DNA of 64,000 nucleotides from positions 14,728,945 through 14,792,944 of the forward strand of contig NC_090416.1 of the NCBI RefSeq assembly GCF_036365525.1. The letters run 5' to 3'. Position numbers and translations under genes: made by a program. The notes below the pieces were generated by a model. That model searched no databases. It saw only the letters and a list, made by a program, of their open reading frames with translations, and was not told the DNA's origin. Shown in pieces: positions 1 through 13,840 of this stretch (the stretch's first letter is position 1; each line of letters begins with the position of its first letter). The DNA comes from Heterodontus francisci. Lineage: Eukaryota.

Positions 1-3000
1 CTGTAACACTCTGATATACCCCACATTCCTCACTGTAACACACTGATATACCGCACGCCCCTCACTGTAACACTCTGATATACCCCACACCCCTCACTGT
101 AACTCTGATATCCCCCACATTCCTCACTGTAACACACTGATATATCGCACGCCCCTCACTGTAACACTCTGATATACCCCACATTCATCAATGTAACAGT
201 CTGATATCCCCCACATTCCTCACTGTAACACACTGATATACTCCACACCCCTCACAGTAACAGTCTGATATACCACACACCCGTCATTGTAACACTCTGA
301 TATATCTCACACCCCTCACTGTAACACACTGATATACCCCACACTCCTCACTGTAACACTCTGATATACCCACACCCCTCACTGTAACACTCTGATATAC
401 CCCACACTCCTCACTGTAACACTCTGATATACCCACACCCCTCACTGTAACACTCTGATATACCCCACACCCCTCACTGTAACACTCTGATATACCCCAC
501 ATTCCTCACTGTCACACACTGATATACCCCACACTCCTCACTGTAACACTCTGATATACCCCACATACCTCACTGTAACACTCTGATATATCTCACACCC
601 CTCACTGTAACACTCTGATATATCCCACACCCCTCACTGTAACACTCTGATATACCCCCACACTCCTCACTGTAACACTCTGATATACCCCACACTCCTC
701 ACTGTAACACTCTGATATATCCCACACCCCTCACTGTAACACTCTGATATACCCCCACACTCCTCACTGTAACACTCTGATATACCCCACACTCCTCACT
801 GTAACACTCTGATATATCCCACACCCCTCACTGTAACACTCTGATATACCCACACTCCTCACTGTAACACTCTGATATACCCCACATACCTCACTGTAAC
901 ACTCTGATATACCGCACATACCTCACTGTAACACACTGATATACCCCACACTCCTCACTGTAACACTCTGATATACCCCACATACCTCACTGTAACACAC
1001 TGATATACCCCACATACCTCACTGTAACACCCTGATATACCCCACACTCCTCACTGTAACACTCTGATATACCCCACATACCTCACTGTAACACTCTGAT
1101 ATACCCACACCCCTCACTGTAACACTCTGATATACCCCCACATTCCTCACTGTAACACACTGATATGCCCCACACTCCTCACTGTAACACTCTGATATAC
1201 CCCACACTCCTCACTGTAACACTCTGATATATCCCACACCCCTCACTGTAACACCCTGATATACCCCACACTCCTCACTGTTACACTCTGATATACCCCA
1301 CATACCTCACTGTAACACTCTGATATACCCACACCCCTCACTGTAACACTCTGATATACCCCCACATTCCTCACTGTAACACACTGATATGCCCCACACT
1401 CCTCACTGTAACACTCTGATATACCCCACACTCCTCACTGTAACACACTGATATGCCCCACACTCCTCACTGTAACACTCTGATATACCCCACATACCTC
1501 ACTGTAACACTCTGATATACCCCACATACCTCACTGTAACACTCTGATATACCCCCACATTCCTCACTGTAACACACTGATATGCCCCACACTCCTCACT
1601 GTAACACTCTGATATATCCCACACTCCTCACTGTAACACTCTGATATACCCCACATACCTCACTGTAACACTCTGATATACCCCACACTCCTCACTGTAA
1701 CACTCTGATATACCCCACACTCCTCACTGTAACACTCTGACATACCCCACATACCTCACTGTAACACTCTGATATACCCCACACTCCTCACTGTAACACT
1801 CTGATATACCCCACATACCTCACTGTAACACTCTGATATACCCCACATACCTCACTGTAACACTCTGATATACCCCCACACCCCTCACTGTAACACTCTG
1901 ATATACCCCACATACCTCACTGTAACACTCTGATATACCCCACACTCCTCACTGTAACACTCTGATATACCCCACACTCCTCACTGTAACACTCTGACAT
2001 ACCCCACATACCTCACTGTAACACTCTGATATACCGCACATACCTCACTGTAACACACTGATATACCCCACATACCTCACTGTAACACTCTGATATACCC
2101 CACACTCCTCACTGTAACACTCTGATATACCCCACACTCCTCACTGTAACACTCTGATATACCGCACATACCTCACTGTAACACTCTGATATACCGCACA
2201 TACCTCACTGTAACACTCTGATATACCGCACATACCTCACTGTAACACACTGATATACCCCACATACCTCACTGTAACACTCTGATATGCCCCACACTCC
2301 TCACTGTAACACACTGATATACCCCACATACCTCACTGTAACACTCTGATATGCCCCACAATCCTCACTGTAACACTCTGATATACCCCACACTCCTCAC
2401 TGTAACACTCTGATATACCCCACATACCTCACTGTAACACTCTGATATATCCCACATTCCTTACTGTAACACTCTGATATACCCCACATACCTCACTGTA
2501 ACACCCTGATATACCCCACACTCCTCACTGTAACACCCTGATATACCCCACACTCCTCACTGTAACACTCTGATATACCCCACACTCCTCACTGTAACAC
2601 ACTGATATACCCCACATACCTCACTGTAACACTCTGATATACCCCACATACCTCACTGTAACACTCTGATAGACCCCACATTCCTCACTGTAACACTCTG
2701 ATATACCCCACATTCCTCACTGTAACACTCTGATATACCCCACATACCTCACTGTAACACTCTGATATACCCCACATTCCTCACTGTAACACTCTGATAT
2801 CCCCCACATTCCTCACTGTAGCACTCTGATATACTCCACACCCCTCACAGTAACAGTCTGATATACCGCACACCCGTCATTGTAACACTCTGATGTACCC
2901 CATACTCTTCACTGTAGCACTCTGATATAAAACACACCTCTCACTGTAACACTCTGATATACCCTACACCCCTCACAGTAACACTCTGATATACCCCACA

Positions 3001-4900
3001 CCCCTCACCTTAACAGACTCATATACCGCACACCCGTCATTGTAACACTCTGATGTACCCCATACTCTTCACTGTAACACTCTGATATAAAACACACCTC
3101 TCACTATAAACCTCTGTTATACCCCACAGCGCTCACTTTAATATTCTGATATACCCCACATTCCTCACTGTTACACTCTGATGTACCCCACATTCCTCAC
3201 TGTAACACTCTGATGTACCCCACACCCCTCACTGTAACACTCTGATATACCCCACACTCCTCACTGTAACACTCTGATATATCCCCACATTCCTCACTGT
3301 AACACTCTGATATATCCCACACCCCTCACTGTAACACTCTGATATACCCCACATTCCTCACTGTAACACTCTGATATATCCCACACCCCTCACTGTAACA
3401 CTCTGATATATCCCACACCCCTCACTGTAACACTCTGATATACCCCACATTCCTCACTGTAACACTCTGATATATCCCACACCCCTGACTGTAACACTCT
3501 GATATACCCCACATTCCTCACAGTAACACTCTGCTATTCCCCACACCCCTCACAGTAACTCTGATATACCCCACACCACTCACAGTAACACTCTGATATA
3601 CCCCACACCCCTCACAGTCACTCTGATATACCCCACACCACTCACTGTAACACACTGATATAACCCACATTCCTCACTGTAACACTCTGATATACCCCAC
3701 ACTCCTCACTGTAACTCTGATATACCCCAAATTCCTCACTGTAACAGTCTGATATACTGTACGCCCCTCACTTTAGCACTTTGATACACCCCACACCCCT
3801 CACAATAACAGTCTGATATACCGCACACCCGTCATTGCAACACTCAATATGCCCCATACTCTTTACTGTAGCACTCTGATATAAAACTCACCTCTGACTA
3901 TAACACTCTGTTATGCCCCACAGCGCTCACTTTAATATTCTGATATCCCCCACACTGTAACATTCCGATATTCCCCACACCCCACACTGTAACATTCTGA
4001 TATTCCCCACACCCCACACTGTAACATTCCGATATTCCCCACACCCCACACTGTAACATTCTGATATTCCCCACACCCCACACTGTAACATTCCGATATT
4101 CCCCACACCCCTCACTGTAACACTCTGATATACCCCACATTCCTCACTGTAACACTCTGATATATCCCACACCCCTCACTGTAACACTCTGATATACCCC
4201 ACATTCCTCACAGTAACACTCTGCTATTCCCCACACTCCTCACAGTAACTCTGATATACCCCACACCACTCACAGTAACACTCTGATATACCCCACACCC
4301 CTCACAGTCACTCTGATATACCCCACACCACTCACTGTAACACACTGATATACCCCACAGTCCTCACTGTAACACTCTGATATACCCACACCCCTCACTG
4401 TATCACTCTGATATTCCCCACACCCCTCACAGTAACTCTGATATACCCCACACTCCTCACTGTAACACTCTGATATACCGCACGCCCCTCACTGTATCAC
4501 TCTGATATTCCCCACACCCCTCACAGTAACTCTGATATACCCCAAATTCCTCACTGTAACAGTCTGATATACTGCACACCCCTCACTGTCACACTCTGAT
4601 ATACCCCTCACCCCTCACTTTAGCACTTTGATATACCCCACACCCCTCACAATAACAGTCTGATATACCGCACACCCGTCATTGTAACACTCAATATGCC
4701 CCATACTCTTCACTGTAGCACTCTGATATAAAACACACCTCTGACTATAACACTCTGTTATGCCCCACAGCGCTCACTTTAATATTCTGATATCCCCCAC
4801 ACTGTAACATTCCGATATTCCCCACACCCCACACTGTAACATTCTGATATTCCCCACATCCCTCACTGTCACACTCAATATGCTCCACACCCCTCACTGT
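1..4900. repeat. Tandem satellite/minisatellite, ~31-33 bp unit (ctcactgtaacactctgatataccccacac(t/a)c)
   Basis: Unit repeats continuously from base 1 to about 4900, with variant higher-order blocks near 2800-3150 and 3500-4900. It explains the repetitive ORFs at 284-4930. Confidence 0.97.
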
Positions 4901-5859
4901 CTCAGTTTGCTTGTCAGCTTTCAGCTCCAAAAAAAAAATTTTTATGACTTCAATTCAATTGACTGGTCAGACAAAGGTGGGAAATGCTTTCGAGGAAGAC
5001 CTCAGTTTTATGCAGCATCCTGGGCAAAATGGTTGCTCCCGGTCATATTGATTTCAATGTGATAATAAAGAGAGGTATGTAAAGTCTCAGAGTATGTTAG
5101 TGTCAGGTTTAAAGTATAGGATTGTTATCGGTGTATGTTTTACAGTCGAGGAGGTTTTAAGTATTAAATAGATTGATTGTAACTCAGTGATTTTTTTTTG
5201 CCACAGCAGACTGTAGCAGCTATATAGAAAAAAAACTTTGGTTTGACTCTGTCTGGAATAACTGCGTTCAGTTCTGGGCCCCCGCACCTCGGGAAGAATA
5301 TATTAGCCTTGGAGAAGGTGCAGCACAGATTCATCAGAATGATCCCGGGATAAAAAGGGTTAAATTACGTGGCCAGGTTGCATAGACTGGAGAGTGATAG
5401 ATTTTTCTTGGTTAAGGGGATTAAGCGTTACACAACCAAGATGGGTCATTAATTCCTTACCAGGAACAGCGTGCATTTACACAGTGCCTTTGACATAACC
5501 TCCGAGATCTCTGCCCTCCTCCAATTCCAGCCTCTTGAGCATCCCCCCCGATTCCCATCGCTCCACCATTGGCGGCCGTGCCTCCAGCTGCCTGGGGGCC
5601 CTAAGCTCTGGAATTCCCTCCCTAAACCTCTCCTTCCCTCCTTTAAGACGGCAGTTCTTTTTCCTGGTTGTCCTGGGAAGGTGATGGTCTTGAATCTCTC
5701 ATGGTAGCTTTCTAGCACACTTCAGAGGGCAGTTAGGAGTCCACCACGTTGGTGTGCGGGCTGGAGTTACGTGCAGGCCCAGACTGGGTAAGGACAGCAG
5801 GTTCGCTTCCCTAGAGAGACGTCAGCGAACCAGTTGGGTTTCTGAGGATTTATCCCATG

Positions 5860-6185
5860 AGCAGTGCCGAGGGAGTGCTGCACTGGCCGAGAAGCCATCA
5901 AACCGAGGCCCCTGTTCGCACTATCAGGTGGATGTAACAGATCCCATGGCTGGAGGTGGAGGGACAGGAGAAGCCCTCGCCCAAAACATAGCCCTCAACC
6001 AAGACCTAAAACCCGGTCGTTATCATCACACTGCTGTTTGTGGGATCTTGCTGTGCGCAAATTGGCTGCCGCGTTTCATACATTAGGACAGTGAGTGCAC
6101 GCCAAAGTAAAAACGTGCTCCAGTGGCTGTAGAGAGCTTCGGGATGGCCTGTAGTCATGAAAGGGGCTATAGAAATGCACATTCC
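5860..6185 (+). mobile_element. Deu-domain (SacSINE1-like) SINE fragment
   Basis: Contains gagggagtgctgcactg and gtgggatcttgctgtgcgcaaattggctgccgcgtttc. Similar copies occur at ~13200-13500, 19340-19590, 30300-30750, 59390-59800 and 60580-60870. Confidence 0.7.
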
Positions 6186-6989
6186 TTTTTTTTCTTACAT
6201 TGTCCAGGTTATTTTGAGAGTTCCTGATAATCTGTCTCGCAATTTATAACCTGGACTATGTTTAATCTGCCTGGTTCCCAGGAGACAACTAACTTGATTA
6301 TAGCTGTAACTATTGATTGGAAAGAGCAAGCAGGCCTCTGCAAACATTTGCTTAATCGGACCAACAATGTGACAGCAGAAAGCTGGGTGGAGAATTTATG
6401 ATACCGCTGTTTATTTTGAAGGCGCAACAAGACAGGATGAAAAGGGGAGCAAAAAAAAAGGAAAGCAGTTAAGGAAGGACGGACAAGAAGAAAAGAGACT
6501 CCATTCAAGATGTCGCCGCGTTTCTGGGCAGTGAACGAGAAACAGGGGGCTGCGAGGAATCTTGTGTGACTATTGCCCTGTTGGCTACCAATTTTAAATC
6601 AGCTCCCACCCCACCTACAAAGGCTCTGACACATGCGGGCATACTCTGATTCCTTGGCTGTCCTGCCTCTGTGGCCATTTTAATCCCTGGTGCGAGCCCG
6701 GAGGGCAAGCTGTTCGACTATGGGTGGCATCACTGCCAAACCTGACCCCCCCCCCCCCCGCCCGCCGCTCTCTCCCACCCCGACTCCAGCTGAGATCATC
6801 TAACTGAGCATGGTGGTTAAACCTGGGGCTTTCGGGTCTGTGCAGTTTTACTCTGCAGCCTTTCCCAACCTCCACCCCACCCCACCCACAGGCTGCACGA
6901 AGGGCCAGGTGGTTAAAGGCAACATACAGTTGTAAGCATTTTGTTTCAAACTGCAGTATTATTGCTGTTCTAAATGGAAACATACATTT

Positions 6990-7300
6990 ATACGGCACCT
7001 TTCAGGACGGCCCGAAGCCCTTGATAGTCAATGAAATATTTCTGAAGCATAGTCACTGTTGTAATGTAGGGAACACAGCAGCCAATTTGTGCACAGCAAG
7101 ATCCAACAAACAGCAGTGACCAGATAATCAGTTTTTTAGTGATGTTGGTTGAGGGATAAATATTTGCCCCAGGACACCGGGGAGAATTCCCCTCCCCCCC
7201 CACCACGACTCTTCCAATAGTCGTCATGGGATCTTTTGCACCCACCCAAGAGGGCAGACAAGGCCATTGGTTTAATATGTCATCCGAAATACAGCACCTC
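6990..7300 (-). mobile_element. Deu-domain (SacSINE1-like) SINE, running into the 33-bp minisatellite
   Basis: Reverse complement of the same Deu-domain sequence (gcagccaatttgtgcacagcaagatcc). Confidence 0.7.
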
Positions 7301-7995
7301 CGACAGTGCAGCACTCCCTCAGTACTGACCCTCCGACAGTGCAGCACTCCCTCAGTACTGACCCTCCGACAGTTCGGCACTCCCTCAGTACTGACCCTCC
7401 GACAGTGCAGCACTCCCTCAGTACTGACCCTCCGACAGTGCAGCACTCCCTCAGTACTGACCCTCCGACAGTGCAGCACTCCCTCAGTACTGACCCTCTG
7501 ACAGTGCTGCACTCCCTCAGTACTGACCCTCCGACAGTGCTGCACTCCCTCAGTACTGACCCTCCAACAGTGCGGAACTCCCTCAGTACTTTCTCTCTGA
7601 CAGTGCAGCGCTCCCTCAGTCCTGACACTCCTACAGTGCTGCACTCCCTCAGTACTGACCCTCCGACAGTTCGGCACTCCCTCAGTACTGACCCTCCGAC
7701 AGTGCAGCACTCCCTCAGTACTGACCCTCTGACAGTGCTGCACTCCCTCAGTACTGACCCTCTGACAGTGCAGCACTCCCTCAGTACTGACCCTCCGACA
7801 GTGCTGCACTCCCTCAGTACTGACCCTCCGACAGTGCGGAACTCCCTCAGTACTTTCTCTCTGACAGTGCAGCGCTCCCTCAGTCCTGACACTCCTACAG
7901 TGCTGCACTCCCTCAGTACTGACCCTCCGACAGCGCAGTGTTTTCTCAGTACTGACCCTCTGACAGTGCAGCACTCCTTCAGGACTGCCCCTCCG
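7297..7995. repeat. 33-bp minisatellite (ccctccgacagtgcagcactccctcagtactga) amplified from SINE-internal sequence
   Basis: About 21 tandem units. The same 33-mer occurs once in intact SINE copies (e.g. 59669-59699). A stop-free unit divisible by 3 creates the spurious long ORFs on both strands. Confidence 0.93.
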
Positions 7996-8676
7996 GCAGT
8001 GCAATGCTGGTAGTGTTGACGTGCATTATTGGTCCAATCCTTTTTGCCAGTATTTTGTCAATTATATCACCTCACTCCATTTTCCTCTGAGATAACTGCA
8101 TGCTTTGTTATAAACGATGCCCCACTGGCTTGCAGACCATAACCTGGATTAAATACTGATTTGGTTCCTTGGAAAGTATTGCCCATCCCTCACTGCCCAG
8201 TGATGCTGGTGGCGAGCGGTTTGCACCATTTCAGAGGGCAGTTAAGAGTCAACCACATTGCTGTGGGTCTGGAGTCACATGTAGGCCAGACCAGGTAAGG
8301 ACAGCAGATTTCCTTCCCGAAAGGACATTAGTGAACCAGATGGGTTTTTATGACTATCTGGCTGTGGTCCATGTGATTTCCGGGACTAGTTTCGATCACT
8401 TGAGGTGGGATTAGAGATGAATTTTCCCCAGAGTATTCTGTCACTTATTGGCCTGTTTATTATCAGCCCGGTAACACAACCAATACTGTACATTGCCACT
8501 CCTCACCTAAACAGTATTTTCCTTTTGTTTTGTGACAGCGACCCAGCAAGATTCTTTGCATCTCACACACCATCCTGACTTGGAACTATATCGGCCGTTC
8601 CTTCACTGTCGCTGGGTCAAAATTCTGGAACTCCCTCCCTAACAGCACTGTGGGTGTACCTGCAGTGGTTCAAGAA

Positions 8677-11507
8677 ACATAGAAACATAGAAAATAGGAG
8701 CAGGAATAGGCCATTTGGCCCTTCGAGCCTGCCCCGCCATTCATTATGATCATGGCTGATCGTCCAACTCAGTAGCCTGTTCCCGCTTTCGCCCCATACC
8801 CTTTGATCCCTTTAGACCCAAGAGCTATATCTAACTCCTTCTTGAAAACATACAATGTTTTGGTCTCAACTGCTTTCTGTGGTAGCGAATTCCACAGGCT
8901 CACCACTCTCTGGGTGAAGTAATTTCTCCTCATCTCAGTCCTGAAAGGTTTACCCCGTATCCTTAGACTATGACCCCTGGTTCTGGACTCCCCCACCATC
9001 GGGAACATCCTTCCTGCATCTACTCTGTCAAGTCCTGTTAGAATTTTATAAGTTTCTATGAGATCCGCCCCCCACCCCCCTCACTCTTCTGAACTCCAGC
9101 GAATATAATCCTAACCGACTCAATCTCTCCTCATACGTCAGTCCCGCCATCCCAGGAATCAGTCTGGTAAACCTTCGCTGCACTCCCTCTATAGCAAGAA
9201 CATCCTTCCTCAGATAAGGAGACCAAAATGGCACACAATATTCCAGGTGTGGCCTCACCAAGACCCTGTATAATTGTAGCAAGACATCCCTGCTCCTGTA
9301 CTCGAATCCTCTCGCTATGAAGGCCAACATACCATTTGCCTTTTTTACTGCCTGTTGCACCTGCATGCTTACCTTCAGCGACTGGTGTATGAGAACACCC
9401 AGGTCTCGCTGCATATTCCCCTCTCTCAGTTTATAGCCATTCAAATAATAATCTGCCTTCCTGTTTCTGCTACCAAAGTTGATAACCTCACATTTATCCA
9501 CATTATACTGCATCTGCCATGCATTAGCCCACTCACTCAACTTGTCCAAATCACCCTGAAACCTCTCTGCATCCTCCTCACAACTCACCCTCTCACCCAG
9601 TTTTGTGTCATCTGCAAATTTTGAGATATTACATTTAGTTCCCTTATCTAAATCATTAATATATATTGTGAATAGCTGGGGTCCTAGCACCGATCCCTGC
9701 GGTACCCTACTAGTCACTGCCTGCCATTCGGAAAAAGACCCAATTATCCCAACTCTTTGTTTCCTGTTCACCAACCAATTTTCTATCCATTGCAATACAC
9801 TACCCACAATCCCATGCGCTTTAATTTTACACGCTAATCTCTTATGTGGCACTTTGTCGAAAGCCGTCTGAAAGTCCAAATAAACCACATCCACTGGCTC
9901 CCCCTCATTAACTCTACTAGTTACATCCTTGAAGAATTCTAGTAGATTTAGTTTAGTTTAGTTTAGAGATACAGCACTGAAACAGGCCCTTCGGCCCACC
10001 GAGTCTTTGCCGACCATCAACCACCCATTTATACTAATCCTACACTAATTCCATATTCCTACCACATCCCCACCTGTCCCTATATTCCCCTACCACCTAC
10101 CTATACTAGGGGCAATTTATAATGGCCAATTTACCAACCAACTTGCAAGTCTTTTGGCTTGTGGGAGGAAACCGGAGCACCCGGAGAAAACCCACGCAGA
10201 CACAGGGAGAACTTGCAAACTCCACACAGGCAGTACCCAGAATTGAACCCGGGTCGCTGGAGCTGTGAGGCTGCGGTGCTAACCACTGCGCCACTGTGCC
10301 GCCCAAGCATGATTTCCCTTTCGTAAATCCATGCTGACTCTGCCCAATTCTACCACTGTTCTCCAAGTGCTCTGCTATAAAATCTTTGATAATGGACTCT
10401 AGAATTTTCCCCACTACCGACGTCAGGCTGACTGGTCTATAATTCCCTGTCTACCTCCTTTTTTAAATAGTGGGGTTACATTAGCTACCCTCCAATCTGT
10501 AGGAACTGTTCCAGAGTCTATAGAATCTTGGAAGATGACCACCAATGCATCACTATTTCTAGGGCCACTTCCTTAAGTACTCTGGGATGCATACCATCAG
10601 GCCCTGGGGATTTATCGGCCTTCAATCCCATCAATTTCCCCAACACCATTTCTCTACTAATACTGATTTCCTTCAGTTCCTCTCTCTCATTAAGCCCTGT
10701 GATCCCCAACATTTCTGGTATGTTATTTGTGTCCTCCTTTATGAAGACAGAACCAAAGTATGCATTTAGTTGGTCAGCCATCTCTTTGTTTCCCATAATA
10801 AATTCCCCTGTTTCTGACTGTAAGGGACCTACACAAACCTATAGAAACTTTTACAGTTAGTTTTTATGTTCCCCGCAAGCTTGCTCTCGTACTCGATTTT
10901 TCCCTTCTTAATCAATCCCTTGGTCCTCCTTTGCTGAATTCTAAACTGCTCCCAATCCTCAGGTCTGTTGTTTTTACTGGTGAATTTATATGCCTCTTCC
11001 TTGGATCTAATGCCATCTCTAATTTCCCTTGTAAGCCATGGTTTGGCTACCTTTCCAGTTTTACTTTTGCACCAAACAGGGATAAACAATTGTTGCAGTT
11101 CATCAATGCGCTCTTTAAATGTTTCCCATTGCCTATCCACCGTCATCCCTTTAAGTAATGTTTCCCAATCCGTCATAGCCAACTCGCATGTCATACCTTC
11201 GTAGTTTCCTTTACTAAGATTCAGGACCCTAGTCTCAGAATCAACTACGTCACTCTTCATCTTGATGAAGAATTCTATCATATTATGGTCGCTCATCCCC
11301 AAGGGGTCTCGCACCACTAGACTGTCAATTATTCCTCTCTCATTACACAATACCCAGTCTAGGATGGCCTGTTCTCTAGTTGGTTCCTCAATGCATTGGT
11401 CCAGAAAACCATCCCATATACACTCCAAGAATTCCTCCTCTACGGTATTTACCCAATCTATATGTGGAATAAAGTCACCCATAATTGTAGATGTGCCTTT
11501 ATCGCAT
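8677..11507 (-). mobile_element. CR1-clade LINE, 5'-truncated and frameshifted ORF2
   Basis: ORFs 8769-9008, 9046-9894 (LDFQTAFDKV, VPQGSVLGP, KFADD), 10518-10796 and 10829-11482 (SDHNMI, APE C-terminus). The 3' tail is a tandem agaaacat. A SINE interrupts it at 9950-10304. Confidence 0.93.
9950..10304 (-). mobile_element. HE1-like V-SINE inserted in CR1
   Basis: tRNA-like head (rc ggcggcacagtggcgcagtggttagc), V-domain (rc gtgtggagtttgcaagttctccc) and a ctaaa-repeat tail. It splits the CR1 reading frame at KGKSCL. Confidence 0.85.
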
Positions 11508-13502
11508 GCTCACCACCATCATCTCGAGGGCAATTAGCAACGGGCAATCAATGCTGGCCCAGCCAGTGACACCCACATCCCGAGAATGAATTTTAGTAAA
11601 AACTTTACCTTGTGACTTTTCCAGTGAACTTACTGTAACATTTTCTCCTCCTGTGTAATTAAATTGAATCATTATTCCATTACAGACTGAGCTGAGGAGA
11701 AATGTCTTTGGAATTCTCTACCCCAGAGAGCTCAGTGCAGGCTCCGTTGTCCTGTATATTCATGGCTGAGATTTGAATGTGAAGGGAATCGAGGGATATT
11801 GGGATTAGGCGGGAAGGTGGAGTTGAGGTCAAGGATCAGTCATGATCTTATTGAATGGCAGAGCAGGTTCGAGGGGCCGAATGGCCTACTCCCGCTCCCA
11901 TTTCTTGAGTTCCGTTTAGCCCATGTCAAAGTGCCATTTAAACATGCAAATGAGGATGCGATAAATGTGCAAGTGGTCGTGTATTGATTTGCAATGAAGG
12001 ACAGGTTTCTTCAATTCCCACTCCTGTTATGTTAATACTCTCCTTAGGATCCTGCACGCACATCTTCCTCATGACAGGGCGCACTAAAAACTCTACAGAG
12101 CTGACAAGACACTCTCTCCCTCGACCTGAGCTCTCTCTCGGCTCCTGCCAACACTTGAAAATGATCACTGTTTGATCCAAGGCAAAGATGTTTTACAATA
12201 ATAATAGTTCAAGGAGCGAGGAGGAGAATTTCTCCCCCCCTCCCCCCCCCCCCCAGTGATCTGGAACGCGCTGCCTGAAAGGGCGGTGGAAGCAGATTCT
12301 ATAGTAACTTTCAAAAGGGGAATTGGATAAATACTTGAAGGGGAAAAATGTGCAGGGATATGTGGGGGTAAGAGCAGGGGTGGGTGGGGGGAGTGGGGGA
12401 CTAATTGGATGGCTCTTTCAAAGAACCAGCACAGATATGATGGGCCGAATGGACTCCTCCTATTCATTCTATGCAGTTTGCATACATCTAAGTTGAGCAT
12501 AATTTTCTTTCACCATTAATAACTGATGCAAGTCAGTCCTGTAGCATAGCACATGAAGCTTAAATTAGGAGGACAGGGCGCACAGACCGGGCTTGTGTTC
12601 CCTCGAGTATCGAAGATTAAGGGGGTGATCTAATCGAGGGGTTTAAGATGATTAAAGGATTCGATCGGGTCGATAGAGAGAAACTATTTCCTCTGGTGTG
12701 TGGGGGGGGGGGGGGGGGGGGGGTTGGGAGAGGAGTCCAGAACAAGGGGGCAGAACCTTAAAATTCGAGCCAGGCCTTTCAGGGAGTGATGTCTTCACAC
12801 AAAGGGGAGTGGAAATCTGGGACTCTCTCCCCCAAAAAGCTGGTGAGGCTGAGGGTCAATTGGAAACATCAATACTGAGATTGATAGATTTTTGTTGGGC
12901 GAAGGGGCTGAAGAGTTACTGAAACAAGATGGGTAGATGGAGTTAAGATACAGATCAGCCCTGATCTAATTGAATGCTGGAACAGATTCGAAGGGCTGAA
13001 TGGCCTCATTTTTTCCTGTGTAGCAGGCTCGAAGGGCTGAATGGTCTCCCCTTGCAATTACATATCAAAAATAACAATACAACAAGCCTCCAGCAAGCTG
13101 TGGGACAATCCAATTCAAACATAAATGATGGGGCCCAAATACAAATAAACAAGGTAGCATTTAAGTCAGAAATTGTTGCAGAGAGGACAAAATGCAGCAG
13201 CGGTACTGAGGGAGCGCTGCACTGTCGGAGGTGCCGTCTTTCGGATGTAGGTGCTAAACCGAGGCCCCCGACTGCCCCTCTCAGGTGGATGTAAAAGGTC
13301 CCACGGCCACTATCGGTTCTCCCCGGTGTCCTGGGGCCAATATTTATCCCTCAACCAACATTACTGAAAAAAACAATATCTGGGTCCTTATCACATTGCT
13401 GTTTGTGGGATCTTGCTGTGCACAAATCGGCGTTTCCTACATCACAACAGCGATACTTCAAGAAGTCCTTCATTGGCTGTGAGGTGTTTCGGGATGGCCT
13501 GA

Positions 13503-13840
13503 GGCGCAGTGGTTAGCACCGCAGCCTCACAGCTCCAGCGACCCGGGTTCAATTCTGGGTACTGCCTGTGCGGAGTTTGCAGGTTCTCCCTGTGTCTGCG
13601 TGGGTTTCCTCCGGGTGCTCCGGCTTCCTCCCACAGCCAAAGACTTGCAGGTTGATAGGTAAATTGGCCATTATAAATTGCCCCTAGTATAGGTAGGTGG
13701 TAGGGGAATATAGGGACAGGTGGGGATGTGGTAGGAATATGGGATTAGTGTAGGATTAGTATAAATGGGTGGTTGATGGTCGGCACAGACTCGGTGGGCC
13801 GAAGGGCCTGTTTCAGTGCTGTATCTCTAAATAAATAAAT
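13503..13840 (+). mobile_element. HE1-like V-SINE
   Basis: ggcgcagtggttagcaccgcagcctcacagc...gcggagtttgcaggttctccc...gtatctctaaataaataaa; near-identical to the 9950-10304 copy. Confidence 0.85.

Noticed and set aside
1-4900. CRISPR-like regular repeats; the same applies to 17915-18885 and 33838-34095
   Set aside because: Head-to-tail tandem units with no unique spacers, no cas genes and a eukaryotic context.
4925-6230. Possible plus-strand terminal exons (..MVAPGHIDFNVIIKR then G|gtatgt at 5074; acceptor at 6208 giving GYFESS*)
   Set aside because: Splice signals are plausible, but the upstream frame is closed by stops and I recognise no protein. Needs RNA-seq.
6988-8013. Long ORFs (338, 235 and 206 aa) with Cys/His-rich repeats
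   Set aside because: They are translations of a stop-free 33-bp SINE-derived minisatellite, open on both strands.
12044-12144. Minus-strand exon-like peptide GAERELRSRERVSCQLCRVFSAPCHEEDVRAGS*
   Set aside because: Weak acceptor, no recognisable family and no linked exons.
13503-13575. tRNA-like sequence with A/B boxes
   Set aside because: It is the head of a V-SINE and continues into the SINE body; not a tRNA gene.
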